DNA of 64,000 nt from a bacterium (GTDB lineage Bacteria; Bacillota; Clostridia; Christensenellales; Aristaeellaceae). The position numbers were made by a program, and so were the translations under genes. Below are positions 38,726 through 48,133 of the stretch, piece after piece (positions within the stretch are counted from its first letter, which is position 1; every line of letters begins with the position of its first letter). The notes beneath the pieces are model-generated. The model was given only the letters and a program-made list of their open reading frames with translations. It ran no database searches and was not told where the DNA came from. The stretch is taken from the NCBI GenBank assembly GCA_963618735.1, contig CAVEUM010000006.1, positions 4,237-68,236 on the forward strand, given 5' to 3'.

Positions 38726-39005
38726 GTCTATTTGACATATCTTTGTCAAAAACAACGGTAAAAATTCAGTAAAAAAACAGAGTAATATCCTATTAAATTA
38801 GCAGGGAGAAAACGCGGCTTTGTGAAGATGCCAAAAAGATGGACAGAAATCCAGCTATTTTGCAAAAAAACGCGTGGCGAAGACGCCTGATGGGCGCATC
38901 ACATCAGGGCATCGGCCAAATAGCTTCTACCATCTGCTTTTTCAGGAGACAGGGAACAATGCACATCGTTTTCCGTCCTTTTCGTGTTCTTTTCGCGGGA
39001 TTTGG

Positions 39006-39034
39006 TTGACACAGGCACCTTCGATGGCTATGAT
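39006..39034 (+). promoter_or_regulatory. sigma-70-type promoter of the aconitase operon
   Basis: TTGACA (39006-39011), 17-nt spacer, TATGAT (39029-39034). Confidence 0.6.
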
Positions 39035-39092
39035 GGTTGAGGATGTGAACGGACGATGGTGTCCGTAAAAAGAAATTTCGGAGGACAGATCC

Positions 39093-41024
39093 ATGAATTT
39101 AACACAGAAGATCCTGTCTGCTCATTTGGTTACAGGAAAACTTGTACCCGGTGAGGAGATTTCCATTCGTATAGACCAGACACTGACACAGGATTCCACA
39201 GGCACCATGGCTTATCTGCAGTTTGAAGCCCTGGGTGTGGATCGTGTGCGCACCAAGCGTTCGGTGGCCTACATTGACCATAATACCCTGCAAACGGGCT
39301 TTGAAAATGCGGACGACCACATGTACATCCAGACGGTGACGCGCAAGCATGGCATTTGGTGCTCCAAGCCTGGCAATGGTATTTGCCATCAGGTGAACCT
39401 GGAACGGTTCGGCATTCCCGGCATGACCCTGCTGGGCTCGGACAGTCATACACCCACCGGCGGCGGCATCGGCATGATCGCCATTGGTGCGGGCGGACTG
39501 GACGTGGCAGTGGCCATGGGCGGCGGCGCGTATTACATGACGTGCCCGAAGGTTGTTAACGTTCATCTTACGGGTAAGCTGAAGCCCTATGTCGCCGCGA
39601 AGGACATTATTCTGGAAGTGCTTCGCCGCCTTACAGTCAAGGGCGGTGTGGGCAAGGTGATGGAATACACCGGCGAGGGCGTTGCTACCCTGACTGTTCC
39701 TGAACGTGCTACCATCACGAACATGGGTGCTGAGCTTGGTGCTACCACATCCATTTTCCCCAGCGATGAGGTGACACGTGAATTCCTTCGCGCTCAGGAC
39801 AGGGAGCAGGACTTCACGCCGCTCTGTGCCGATGCGGATGCAACCTATGATGAGACCATCGAAATTGACCTGAGTTCCCTTCAGCCGTTGGTGGCTTGCC
39901 CCCACATGCCCGACCGTGTTGATACGGTGGAAAAAGTTGGACCCATCAAGGTGGATCAGGTGTTCATTGGTTCCTGCACGAATTCCAGCTATCAGGACAT
40001 GATGCGTGTGGCACGCATTCTCAAGGGGAAGACAGTGCATCCGGATGTGAGCCTGGTCATTGGCCCTGGCAGCCGTCAGGTGCTGACGATGCTTGCTCGC
40101 AATGGCGCCCTGGCGGATATGATGGCTGCAGGTGCGCGCATTCTGGAAACGGCCTGCGGACCCTGCATCGGCATGGGTCAGAGCCCCAGAACCGGCGCTG
40201 TATCCATCCGCACGAATAACCGCAACTTCTATGCCCGCAGCGGAACTGCGTCTGCCAGCATCTATCTTACCAGCTGTGAAACGGCCGCCGTTTCTGCCCT
40301 GACGGGTGTGCTGACGGATCCTCGCTGCCTGGATATTGACCTGACCATTCCGCAGCCGGAACGCTTTGAAATTAACGATAATCTGGTGCTTGCGCCTGTT
40401 GCACCCGGCGAAGAGGATACAGTACAGGTCGTTCGCGGCCCCAACATTCAGCCTTTCCCCATTGGTCATGCACTGGAGGACAACATCACAGGCAAGGTTC
40501 TGCTGAAGATGGAGGACAACATCACCACGGATCACATCATGCCGTCCAACGCAAAGCTCCTGCCGTACCGCAGCAATGTGCCCCATTTGAGCGACTACTG
40601 CCTGACCCCTGTGGACGAAACCTTCCCTGCCCGTGCCAAAAAGGAGGGCGGCGGTATTCTGGTCAGCGGTGCTAACTACGGTCAGGGCTCCAGCCGTGAG
40701 CATGCGGCACTGGTACCGCTGTACCTGGGCATCCGCGCGGTGGTGGCCAAGTCTTTCGCACGCATCCATCGGGACAATCTGATCAACAACGGCATTCTGC
40801 CGCTGGAATTCACGGATGAAAAGGATTATGACAGCATCACCCAGATGGATACTCTGACCTTGCCGGACATCCGCGCGCAGGTTTCCTCCGGCGGGGAAGA
40901 AATCCTTGTCCGCAACGAAACCACGGGCGCAACCTTCAAGACTCGTTTGAAGATCACCGAACGGCAGCGCGGCATGCTGCTGGCAGGCGGTCTGCTGAAC
41001 ACGGTAAAGGAGCAGAATGCATGA
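39093..41024 (+). CDS. acn: aconitate hydratase (short ~640-aa type)
   Basis: 643 aa. GNGICHQVNLE, GSDSHT, the CGPCIG Fe-S ligand regions and the swivel-domain GANYGQGSSREHAA. Confidence 0.93.
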   Translation: MNLTQKILSAHLVTGKLVPGEEISIRIDQTLTQDSTGTMAYLQFEALGVDRVRTKRSVAYIDHNTLQTGFENADDHMYIQTVTRKHGIWCSKPGNGICHQVNLERFGIPGMTLLGSDSHTPTGGGIGMIAIGAGGLDVAVAMGGGAYYMTCPKVVNVHLTGKLKPYVAAKDIILEVLRRLTVKGGVGKVMEYTGEGVATLTVPERATITNMGAELGATTSIFPSDEVTREFLRAQDREQDFTPLCADADATYDETIEIDLSSLQPLVACPHMPDRVDTVEKVGPIKVDQVFIGSCTNSSYQDMMRVARILKGKTVHPDVSLVIGPGSRQVLTMLARNGALADMMAAGARILETACGPCIGMGQSPRTGAVSIRTNNRNFYARSGTASASIYLTSCETAAVSALTGVLTDPRCLDIDLTIPQPERFEINDNLVLAPVAPGEEDTVQVVRGPNIQPFPIGHALEDNITGKVLLKMEDNITTDHIMPSNAKLLPYRSNVPHLSDYCLTPVDETFPARAKKEGGGILVSGANYGQGSSREHAALVPLYLGIRAVVAKSFARIHRDNLINNGILPLEFTDEKDYDSITQMDTLTLPDIRAQVSSGGEEILVRNETTGATFKTRLKITERQRGMLLAGGLLNTVKEQNA

Positions 41025-41896
41025 AACGACTGTTAAGCCTGATTCTTGCACTGTGCCTTTTGCCTATGGCTGCCATGGCTGAGGGAAAAGTCATCAACCT
41101 GATGGAAAACCCGGATGCAGAATGGTCTTTTGAAGATGGGGCGGAGATTCTGGAAATTGTTTATCCGCCGCTTCAGGGCGCGGACGCCTGCATCATTCGC
41201 CTGGGCGGCGAAACGATGATGATTGACTGCGCTACGGATGACCAGAGCCAGTCGGCCGTTGTCCCGACGCTTCAGCGTCTGGGCGTAACGCATGTGGACA
41301 TCGCCTTCAATTCTCATCCCCACGATGATCATCTGACCGGGTTTGAATACCTGGACGGCACGGCTACCATTGGCAAGCTGCTGGTATCCTCGCCGCTGGA
41401 CGAAAATTATGTCATCAAGCGTACCGTTCGCGTGATGAACAGCCTGGGCGTGCCAGTGGAACAGGTGCAGAACGGCGATACCCTGACCCTGGGCGACGCC
41501 AAACTGACCGTGATTCAGTACCAGCGGTCTGACCTGACGGGCAATGACCGTTCTGCCGCATTGAAGCTGGTGTATGGCGATTGTTCCTTTATTTCCCTGG
41601 GGGATATGGAAAACCGCGCACAGACCATGATTGTGGAAAATCCTCCGGAATGCGGCATGGACGCGGATATCATGAAGTATCCCCACCATGGCCATGCAAA
41701 GCTGAACAATGATTTCCTTGCATTGATCGATCCTGAGCTGGCGATTATTACCGCTGCTCAGTTCCGTGCCAAGGAAGCCTATGCTTATATGGCCAAGAAG
41801 AATATCCCCACCCTGACCACCTATCAGCATACGCTGCGTCTCCGCTCGGATGGCCGCATTTGGGTGGTCGATGACCTGGACGCACAGGAGGAGTAA
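41021..41896 (+). CDS. secreted MBL-fold metallo-hydrolase (ComEC C-terminal-like)
   Basis: Signal peptide MKRLLSLILALCLLPMAAMA. HPHDDH motif. Its start overlaps the acn stop (ATGA). Confidence 0.8.
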   Translation: MKRLLSLILALCLLPMAAMAEGKVINLMENPDAEWSFEDGAEILEIVYPPLQGADACIIRLGGETMMIDCATDDQSQSAVVPTLQRLGVTHVDIAFNSHPHDDHLTGFEYLDGTATIGKLLVSSPLDENYVIKRTVRVMNSLGVPVEQVQNGDTLTLGDAKLTVIQYQRSDLTGNDRSAALKLVYGDCSFISLGDMENRAQTMIVENPPECGMDADIMKYPHHGHAKLNNDFLALIDPELAIITAAQFRAKEAYAYMAKKNIPTLTTYQHTLRLRSDGRIWVVDDLDAQEE

Positions 41897-41897
41897 C

Positions 41898-42578
41898 ATG
41901 AAGTATCGCTATCTTTTGGTGGATAACGATAATACACTGATGAATTTCAGTGCCGCAGAGCACGCTGCTTTGAAGGACACACTGCGGGCTTATCATCTAC
42001 CGGATGACGAAGAAACCGTCAGTGCTTACGTTCGCATGAATGAAGCCTTGTGGCGTGCACTGGAACGCGGCGAGACCACGCTGGATGCGCTGAAGCCGGA
42101 GCGCTTCCGTCAGCTGCTGGTGTACCTTGAAGCAGATGCTTCTCAGGCCGTGACCATGAGCAAATGCTATGAGGCAAACCTGGCAACCCATGCGGATCTG
42201 ATGCCGGGCGCTATGGAATTTGTGCAGGCTCTGCATGGAAAAATGAAGATCGCCCTGGTCAGCAACGGCATTAGTGCCATTCAGCGCGGCCGTCTGTCAC
42301 GCTGCCCCTACACGGATATGCTGGATGCAGTGATCATCTCCGAGGAAGTGGGCGCCAGCAAACCGGATGCGCAAATGGTTGACGCGGCACTGAAGGCATT
42401 GCAGTGCGAAGAGAAAGCACAGGCGGTATTTCTGGGAGACAGTCTGACAGCCGATGTTGGCGCTGCCAGAAATGCAGGCATCGACAGCATCTGGATCTCT
42501 CTGCATGGCAAGACCAGCGATTTACCGACCTATACGGTGCAGAACCTGATGGAGGCAAAGGACATTCTGTTGGGCTAA
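41898..42578 (+). CDS. HAD family hydrolase (YjjG-like nucleotidase subfamily)
   Basis: ATG 41898 within track ORF 41850-42578, 1 nt after the upstream stop. LLVDNDNTLMNF (DxDxT-type motif I) and GDSLTADVGAARNAGIDS (motif IV). Confidence 0.75.
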   Translation: MKYRYLLVDNDNTLMNFSAAEHAALKDTLRAYHLPDDEETVSAYVRMNEALWRALERGETTLDALKPERFRQLLVYLEADASQAVTMSKCYEANLATHADLMPGAMEFVQALHGKMKIALVSNGISAIQRGRLSRCPYTDMLDAVIISEEVGASKPDAQMVDAALKALQCEEKAQAVFLGDSLTADVGAARNAGIDSIWISLHGKTSDLPTYTVQNLMEAKDILLG

Positions 42579-42593
42579 AAGGAATACATTTCT

Positions 42594-42627
42594 AAAGAAA
42601 GCGTGCGAAATGTACGCTTTCTTTTTG
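42594..42627 (+). terminator. intrinsic terminator
   Basis: AAAGAAAGCGT / ACGCTTTCTTT hairpin running into a T-tract. Confidence 0.75.
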
Positions 42628-42634
42628 TTTGCTA

Positions 42635-42663
42635 TTGACATTCGCCGTTGGATGAATCATAAT
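42635..42663 (+). promoter_or_regulatory. sigma-70-type promoter of purA
   Basis: TTGACA (42635-42640), 17-nt spacer, CATAAT (42658-42663). Confidence 0.6.
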
Positions 42664-42728
42664 ATTTAAGTGTGCTTAATGACACCCGCAGGGGTTCACT
42701 CTGCGGTAATTAGAGGAGGCTTCATTCT

Positions 42729-44003
42729 ATGGTACATACCATCGTAGGCGCCAACTGGGGCGATGAAGGCAAGGGCAAGGTGACCGATCTTCTGGCTGAG
42801 AAGAGCGATGTGGTTGTTCGCTTTCAGGGCGGCGCTAACGCAGGCCATACCATTATTAACGAATACGGCAAGTTTGCACTGCATCTGCTGCCTTCTGGTG
42901 TTTTCCACCAGAATGTGTACAATGTCATTGGACCTGGTGTGGCACTGAACATCGAAGCACTGCTGAGTGAGTTGGAGTCCCTGACTTCCCGCGGCGTGCC
43001 GATGCCGAAGCTGCTCATTAGCGACCGTGCACAGGTCATGATGCCTTATCATGTAGATTTCGATAAGTTTGAAGAAGAGCGCCTGGGCAAGAACTCTTTC
43101 GGTTCCACCAAGTCCGGCATTGCACCTTTCTATTCTGATAAGTATGCCAAGGTTGGCCTGCAGGTTTGCCAGCTGTATGACCATGATATTCTGCGCAAGC
43201 GCCTGGAAATCGCGCTGGTGAAGAAGAATTGCCTGCTGACGAATCTGTACCACAAGCCGGAAGTCGATGTGGATGCACTGGTTGCCCACATGGAAGAGCT
43301 GGCAGAAAAGATTAAGCCCATGGTGTGCGACACCACCCTGTTCCTGCACAAGGCCAACAAGGAGGGCAAGGTGATTCTGCTGGAGGGTCAGCTGGGTTCT
43401 CTGCGCGATCCTGACCATGGCATTTATCCTTACGTGACTTCTTCTTCTCCTTTGGCTGGCTTCGGCTGCGTTGGCGCTGGTGTGACGCCCCGTGATATGA
43501 CGGACATCTACTGCGTCACCAAGGCATATTCCAGCTGCGTTGGCGCTGGCCCCTTCGTGACCCGTCTGGAAGGTGCTGAGGGTGATGAGCTCCGTCGTCG
43601 CGGCGGCGATGCCGGCGAATTCGGTGCTACCACCGGCCGTGCCCGTGATGTGGGCTGGTTCGATGCGGTGGCTACCCGCTACGGCGTGATGGTGCAGGGC
43701 GCGACTGAGGTCGTTATGACCAACCTGGACGTGCTGAGCTATCTGGATGAGATTCCCGTTTGCGTGGCTTATGAAGTGGATGGCAAGCAGATCACTGACT
43801 TCCCGTCTACGCCTACGCTCATGCGCTGCAAGCCTGTGTATGAGAAGCTCCCCGGCTGGAAGACGGATATTCGCGGCATCAAGTCCTATGACGAGCTGCC
43901 CGAAAATTGCCGCAAATATGTGGAGACCATTGAGAAGCTCATCGAGGCTCCTATTCACATGGTTTCCAACGGCCCTCGCCGCGACGAAATCATCTATCGC
44001 TAA
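42729..44003 (+). CDS. purA: adenylosuccinate synthase
   Basis: 424 aa. MVHTIVGANWGDEGKGKVTDLL... is canonical. Confidence 0.97.
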   Translation: MVHTIVGANWGDEGKGKVTDLLAEKSDVVVRFQGGANAGHTIINEYGKFALHLLPSGVFHQNVYNVIGPGVALNIEALLSELESLTSRGVPMPKLLISDRAQVMMPYHVDFDKFEEERLGKNSFGSTKSGIAPFYSDKYAKVGLQVCQLYDHDILRKRLEIALVKKNCLLTNLYHKPEVDVDALVAHMEELAEKIKPMVCDTTLFLHKANKEGKVILLEGQLGSLRDPDHGIYPYVTSSSPLAGFGCVGAGVTPRDMTDIYCVTKAYSSCVGAGPFVTRLEGAEGDELRRRGGDAGEFGATTGRARDVGWFDAVATRYGVMVQGATEVVMTNLDVLSYLDEIPVCVAYEVDGKQITDFPSTPTLMRCKPVYEKLPGWKTDIRGIKSYDELPENCRKYVETIEKLIEAPIHMVSNGPRRDEIIYR

Positions 44004-44063
44004 AAATCATGGAGCCGCCTGTGAATGTATGCAGGCGGCTCTTCTATTCGAGTAGGTGCTATC

Positions 44064-44855
44064 ATGATCATTGACGTTCACGCCCATATTTATCCCGATA
44101 AAATTGCCGCAAAGGCTGTGCGTTCCATCGGAGAATTCTACCAATGGTCCAACATGGAAATGGACGGCACAGTGGAGGGATTGCTGGCATCCAGCAAGGA
44201 AGCGGGGATTGACCTGTCCATTGTGCATTCGGCTGCCGTTTCTCCTGCACGGGTGAAAAGCGTCAATGACTTTATCGCCTCCACGGTGGAAGCTCATCGG
44301 GATCGTCTGCTGGGCTTTGGCTCCATGCATCCTGATTACGAGGAAATCGATCAGGAACTGGATCGCATGATGGCCATGGGACTCCGCGGCGTGAAGCTGC
44401 ATCCGGATACGCAGCAGTTTCTGATGGACAGCCCTGCTTCTATCAAAATGCTGGAGGCTATGCAGGAACGCCGTCTGCCTGTGCTGATTCACACGGGGGA
44501 TACGCGCTATCCCTTCAGCAACCCTGAGCGTGTGGCTCGTGCACTGGATCACGTGCCGAATCTGATAGCCATCTGCGCTCATCTTGGAGGCTGGTCCATG
44601 TGGAGCAATGGGTGGAAGATCCTTGCCGGCCGCGAAGATGTGTACGTTGATTGCTCGTCCAGCCTGTATGCCATCACGCCTGAGGAGGCAGTCAAGGTGA
44701 TTCACCGCTACGGGGCGAAGCGCGTGTTCTTCGGCACGGATCATCCCATGTGGAACCCTGTGGGGGAAGTGGCACGATTCAACGCCCTGCCGCTGACGGA
44801 GGAAGAACGGGAACTGATCCTGCATAAAAACATTGAAAAATTGCTAAAAATTTGA
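44064..44855 (+). CDS. amidohydrolase family protein (TIM-barrel metal-dependent hydrolase, PF04909-like)
   Basis: ATG 44064 within track ORF 44025-44855. MIIDVHAHIYPDKIA... and ...VFFGTDHPMW. Confidence 0.8.
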   Translation: MIIDVHAHIYPDKIAAKAVRSIGEFYQWSNMEMDGTVEGLLASSKEAGIDLSIVHSAAVSPARVKSVNDFIASTVEAHRDRLLGFGSMHPDYEEIDQELDRMMAMGLRGVKLHPDTQQFLMDSPASIKMLEAMQERRLPVLIHTGDTRYPFSNPERVARALDHVPNLIAICAHLGGWSMWSNGWKILAGREDVYVDCSSSLYAITPEEAVKVIHRYGAKRVFFGTDHPMWNPVGEVARFNALPLTEEERELILHKNIEKLLKI

Positions 44856-44870
44856 AATGATGACTACAAT

Positions 44871-44903
44871 AAAAACCGCACGCTGAAGGGCGCGCGGCTT
44901 TTT
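44871..44903. terminator. bidirectional intrinsic terminator
   Basis: AAAAA, CCGCACGC, tgaagg, GCGCGCGG, CTTTTT. It sits between convergent genes. Confidence 0.65.
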
Positions 44904-44934
44904 GCATGGAACAAAGCGGCAGAAAGTGAAAATC

Positions 44935-45510
44935 TCAATATTGCTTCTGGATGATGAAGCATTCAGGGGCGCCGGCACCGGCATTCAGAAAATGCTGATG
45001 GAGCACGTTAAACTCCTGCGGGCGCAGGGAAGACAAAAGCTCTGTCAGCGCGTGACGCTCTACATCGCCGGCAGCATGGCCGGGATAGGAGCAGATGGTC
45101 AGCACGCCGCCGGGCACCAGCAGCTTCAGGCACCCCTCGACAGCCTGCTTTGTGGTGGGCCAAAGTGTCGTGATGGTCTTGTTGCCACCGGGCAGCCAGC
45201 CAAGGTTGAATGTTGCCGTCCGCACAGGCGCGGTCACGATTTCGGGGATGTGTTCGTGGCCGATGCAGTGCAGCTCGCAACGATTCAACAGGTTTTGCTC
45301 CTCCAGGGCGGCACGGGTGTGCGCTACAGCGTCAGGCTGAACATCAAAGGCGATGACGTGACCATCTTCACCCACAAGCTCAGCCAGCATGGCGGTGTCG
45401 TGACCGTTGCCCATGGTAGCATCAATGACGGTATCGCCTGGCTGAATGACCTGACGCAGGCACTCGGCAGCCAGATATCTTGCAGAACGAAGTTCGTATG
45501 GCATGCTCAC
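44935..45510 (-). CDS. class I SAM-dependent methyltransferase (YtqB / putative rRNA-tRNA methylase family)
   Basis: 191 aa. GDTVIDATMGNGHDTAMLAELVGEDGHVIAFDVQ is the SAM-binding motif region. Overlaps the rluB stop by 4 nt. Confidence 0.75.
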   Translation of the reverse strand: MSMPYELRSARYLAAECLRQVIQPGDTVIDATMGNGHDTAMLAELVGEDGHVIAFDVQPDAVAHTRAALEEQNLLNRCELHCIGHEHIPEIVTAPVRTATFNLGWLPGGNKTITTLWPTTKQAVEGCLKLLVPGGVLTICSYPGHAAGDVERHALTELLSSLRPQEFNVLHQHFLNAGAGAPECFIIQKQY

Positions 45511-46220
45511 AGCTCCTTCAAACGGCGAACCTCTTCAGGGGTCAGATGACGCCACTGACCGCGGGGAAGATCGCCAAGCATGATGGGACCAAAGCCGACA
45601 CGCTTGAGCATCAGCGTCTGGTGACCGATGGCTTCGATCATGCGGCGAACCTGACGGTTACGTCCCTCATGAATGGTGACCATCAGCGTGGTGGAGAAAG
45701 CATCAATGCTGACAATGCGCACCTTGGCAGGGGATGTCATGCGGCCGTCATCCAGCTTCACGCCGGCACTCAGGCGGCGAACCTCGTCTTCTGTTACCGT
45801 GTTGCTGACCTTTACGAGATATGCCTTGCCCACTTCGTGACTGGGGTGCAACAGGGAATTCATCATGTCGCCGTCATTGGTCAAAAGAAGGAGGCCTTCA
45901 CTTTCAAAGTCGAGGCGGCCGACATTGTACAGGCGCACGGGATAATCACGGAATTTATCCAGCACCGTGACGCGGCCTTCCGGGTCAGACGCCGTACAGA
46001 CTTCGCCAACGGGTTTATTGTAGGCAAGATAATGCTTCTCTTCCTGAATGGCAACGGTACGTCCGTCCACCGTCACCTTGTCACCGTCCTGAACCTGAAC
46101 ACCCATTTCAGTTACGACGTGACCGTTAACGGCTACGTGACCCTCCGCAATCAGCTTTTCAGATGCGCGTCGGGAGGCGACACCACTCAGGGCAAGATAT
46201 TTTTGCAAACGCATGGGCAT
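45507..46220 (-). CDS. rluB: pseudouridine synthase, RluB-like (S4 domain + RsuA/RluB catalytic domain)
   Basis: 237 aa. RLQKYLALSGVASRRASEKLIAEGHVAVNG (S4) and GRLDFESEGLLLLTNDG (catalytic Asp motif). Confidence 0.85.
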   Translation of the reverse strand: MPMRLQKYLALSGVASRRASEKLIAEGHVAVNGHVVTEMGVQVQDGDKVTVDGRTVAIQEEKHYLAYNKPVGEVCTASDPEGRVTVLDKFRDYPVRLYNVGRLDFESEGLLLLTNDGDMMNSLLHPSHEVGKAYLVKVSNTVTEDEVRRLSAGVKLDDGRMTSPAKVRIVSIDAFSTTLMVTIHEGRNRQVRRMIEAIGHQTLMLKRVGFGPIMLGDLPRGQWRHLTPEEVRRLKEL

Positions 46221-46239
46221 GAATCTTCATCAACCTTTC

Positions 46240-46806
46240 TCAGCCACCAAAGGCTCTCGGTACATGGTAAAAATAGAGTGCACAGGCACGCCGCATCAGG
46301 GGCTTCTGCTTTTCTTCAGGGGTCATGGCCAAAAACATTTTGTCCATGCCGCCGATTTGGTAGCCGCGCTTTTCAAGAAAGCGGCAAAGAATCGGGTGCT
46401 GGTCACTGACCTCCACCCGCATACCGCAATAGCCGTGCTGCATGGCAAATTGCTCCGTTGTTTCCAGCAGCGCTGTTGCAATGCCGTGACGGCGGTGGAG
46501 CGCATCGACCCGAATATCCCCAAGCTGCATCCACGTGCCGCAGGGACGAACGGCTGCGCAGCCGACATAGACATCATCCTCGTAGGCGAGGAAAACCGCG
46601 GCCTGGGGCGTTGCGCATATGGCCTGTGCTGTGAAATCCTCAGGGGTCGGAAACGTCTGCCATTGTGCCCGCTCCAGCGGCGCATAGGACAGGGAAAATC
46701 CGCTGCGGCTGACGCGAAGCAGGGTTTCTTCACCGATGAGACATTCTTCATGAAGAAGCGTGCGAGGCTTTTCGGATGCCGAGAAACAACGGCGAATCGT
46801 CAGCAT
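46240..46806 (-). CDS. GNAT family N-acetyltransferase
   Basis: 188 aa. RRHGIATALLETTEQFAMQHGYCGMRVEV is a motif A-like region. Confidence 0.75.
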   Translation of the reverse strand: MLTIRRCFSASEKPRTLLHEECLIGEETLLRVSRSGFSLSYAPLERAQWQTFPTPEDFTAQAICATPQAAVFLAYEDDVYVGCAAVRPCGTWMQLGDIRVDALHRRHGIATALLETTEQFAMQHGYCGMRVEVSDQHPILCRFLEKRGYQIGGMDKMFLAMTPEEKQKPLMRRACALYFYHVPRAFGG

Positions 46807-46940
46807 ACTGGAGCCTCTCCTTTCATTTCAAACGCTTTCAGTATAGCAGATTCGGCGGTGGATGGCAAGGGAACACTGGCGTAACGCCGCAAAATGTGGT
46901 AAACTAATGGAGCTATGTTTGCATAAATGAGGTGATTGCT

Positions 46941-48104
46941 ATGAATCGAAAGGATCTTTCGGAAATTAAGCGCCGTCTGAACCCTGATAAGCGGTTTCCT
47001 ACGGTGCTTCGCGGTTGCTATTTGGGCGCTGATGGCCATGTGATTTCTGAGTTTGCGAAGGCTGTAGGAAGCCTGGCGCAGGAGGAATGCGAAAAATTTA
47101 TGGCCATTTTCCGCAAGTGCCTCTCCGGCACCGAGGGGCAGAACCTGCTGAACCTGGATTTTACAGCGGAACAGATGGAAGGGGATGCCCATCATCTGCT
47201 GACGGGTTTGTGCGATTCCGGTCTGCAGGATGTGCAGGTGGTGGAGGAGTTCTTCCGCCGTGCCATCGCGTGGCGGCAGGAGGAATTCAGCCATCTCCAG
47301 TCCGTGGATGATCAGCAGGTGGCAGACAATTATCTGGTGCTTCTTCTGCACGACGGCTATGATGTCCCGTATCGTGATAACAACGGTGATCTGGATCGTG
47401 AACGGTCGGAAACGGTGCTGAATTACGTGCTGTGTGCGGTGTGCCCTGTCAAGCAGCTGAAGCCTGCTCTTCGGTATTTTGAAGCGGACAGCGAGTTCCA
47501 TGCCGGTTCTTCCGATCACGTGGTAGGCATGCCGGAGATGGGCTTTATGTTCCCTGCCTTTGAGGAGCGCAGTGCCAACATTAACCGCGCCCTGTATTAC
47601 ACCCGTGACACGGGAGACATCCATGCGGACTTTGTGGAAAGAATGCTCAACGCAGAAGTGCAGATGACCGCCCGGGAGCAGAAGGAAACCTTCCAGTCCA
47701 TCCTCACGGAAACCCTGGCAGAAGAGTGCAACATGGATTTGATACAGAACGTGCACGAGACCATCAGCACCATGATTGAGGAGCAGAAGGCCGACAAGAC
47801 GGCAGAAGCCCTCTGCATGGATAAGCAGGATATGAAAAAAGTGCTGGAGGAGTGCGGCGTTTCGGAAGAAAAGACGGAGGCCTTTGCTGCCAGGTATGAA
47901 GAATCCTTCGGCGAGCAGACTGCCATTCCAGCAGTGAACATGATCGCCCCTAAGCAGTTCAAGGTGGACACCCCCAGCGTGACCATCCGCGTGGATCCCC
48001 AGCATTCCGACCTGGTGCAGACTCGTATTCTGGACGGAAAAAGCTACATTGTCATCCTTGCCGATGGCGATGTGGAGGTAAACGGCGTCAAGATCACCTG
48101 CTGA
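46941..48104 (+). CDS. DUF4317 domain-containing protein
   Basis: Track ORF 46932-48104. ATG 46941 follows GAGGTG. MNRKDLSEIKRRLNPDKRFPTVLRGCYLGADGHV resembles the DUF4317 N-terminus as I recall it. Confidence 0.6.
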   Translation: MNRKDLSEIKRRLNPDKRFPTVLRGCYLGADGHVISEFAKAVGSLAQEECEKFMAIFRKCLSGTEGQNLLNLDFTAEQMEGDAHHLLTGLCDSGLQDVQVVEEFFRRAIAWRQEEFSHLQSVDDQQVADNYLVLLLHDGYDVPYRDNNGDLDRERSETVLNYVLCAVCPVKQLKPALRYFEADSEFHAGSSDHVVGMPEMGFMFPAFEERSANINRALYYTRDTGDIHADFVERMLNAEVQMTAREQKETFQSILTETLAEECNMDLIQNVHETISTMIEEQKADKTAEALCMDKQDMKKVLEECGVSEEKTEAFAARYEESFGEQTAIPAVNMIAPKQFKVDTPSVTIRVDPQHSDLVQTRILDGKSYIVILADGDVEVNGVKITC

Positions 48105-48133
48105 TTTTGACATGATGACAGGAGGCCTTGTCC

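Noticed and set aside
38874-39068. 64-aa GTG-initiated ORF in the UPF0489-aconitase intergenic region.
   Set aside because: It has no SD, it spans the predicted acn promoter (39006-39034), and its composition looks non-coding.
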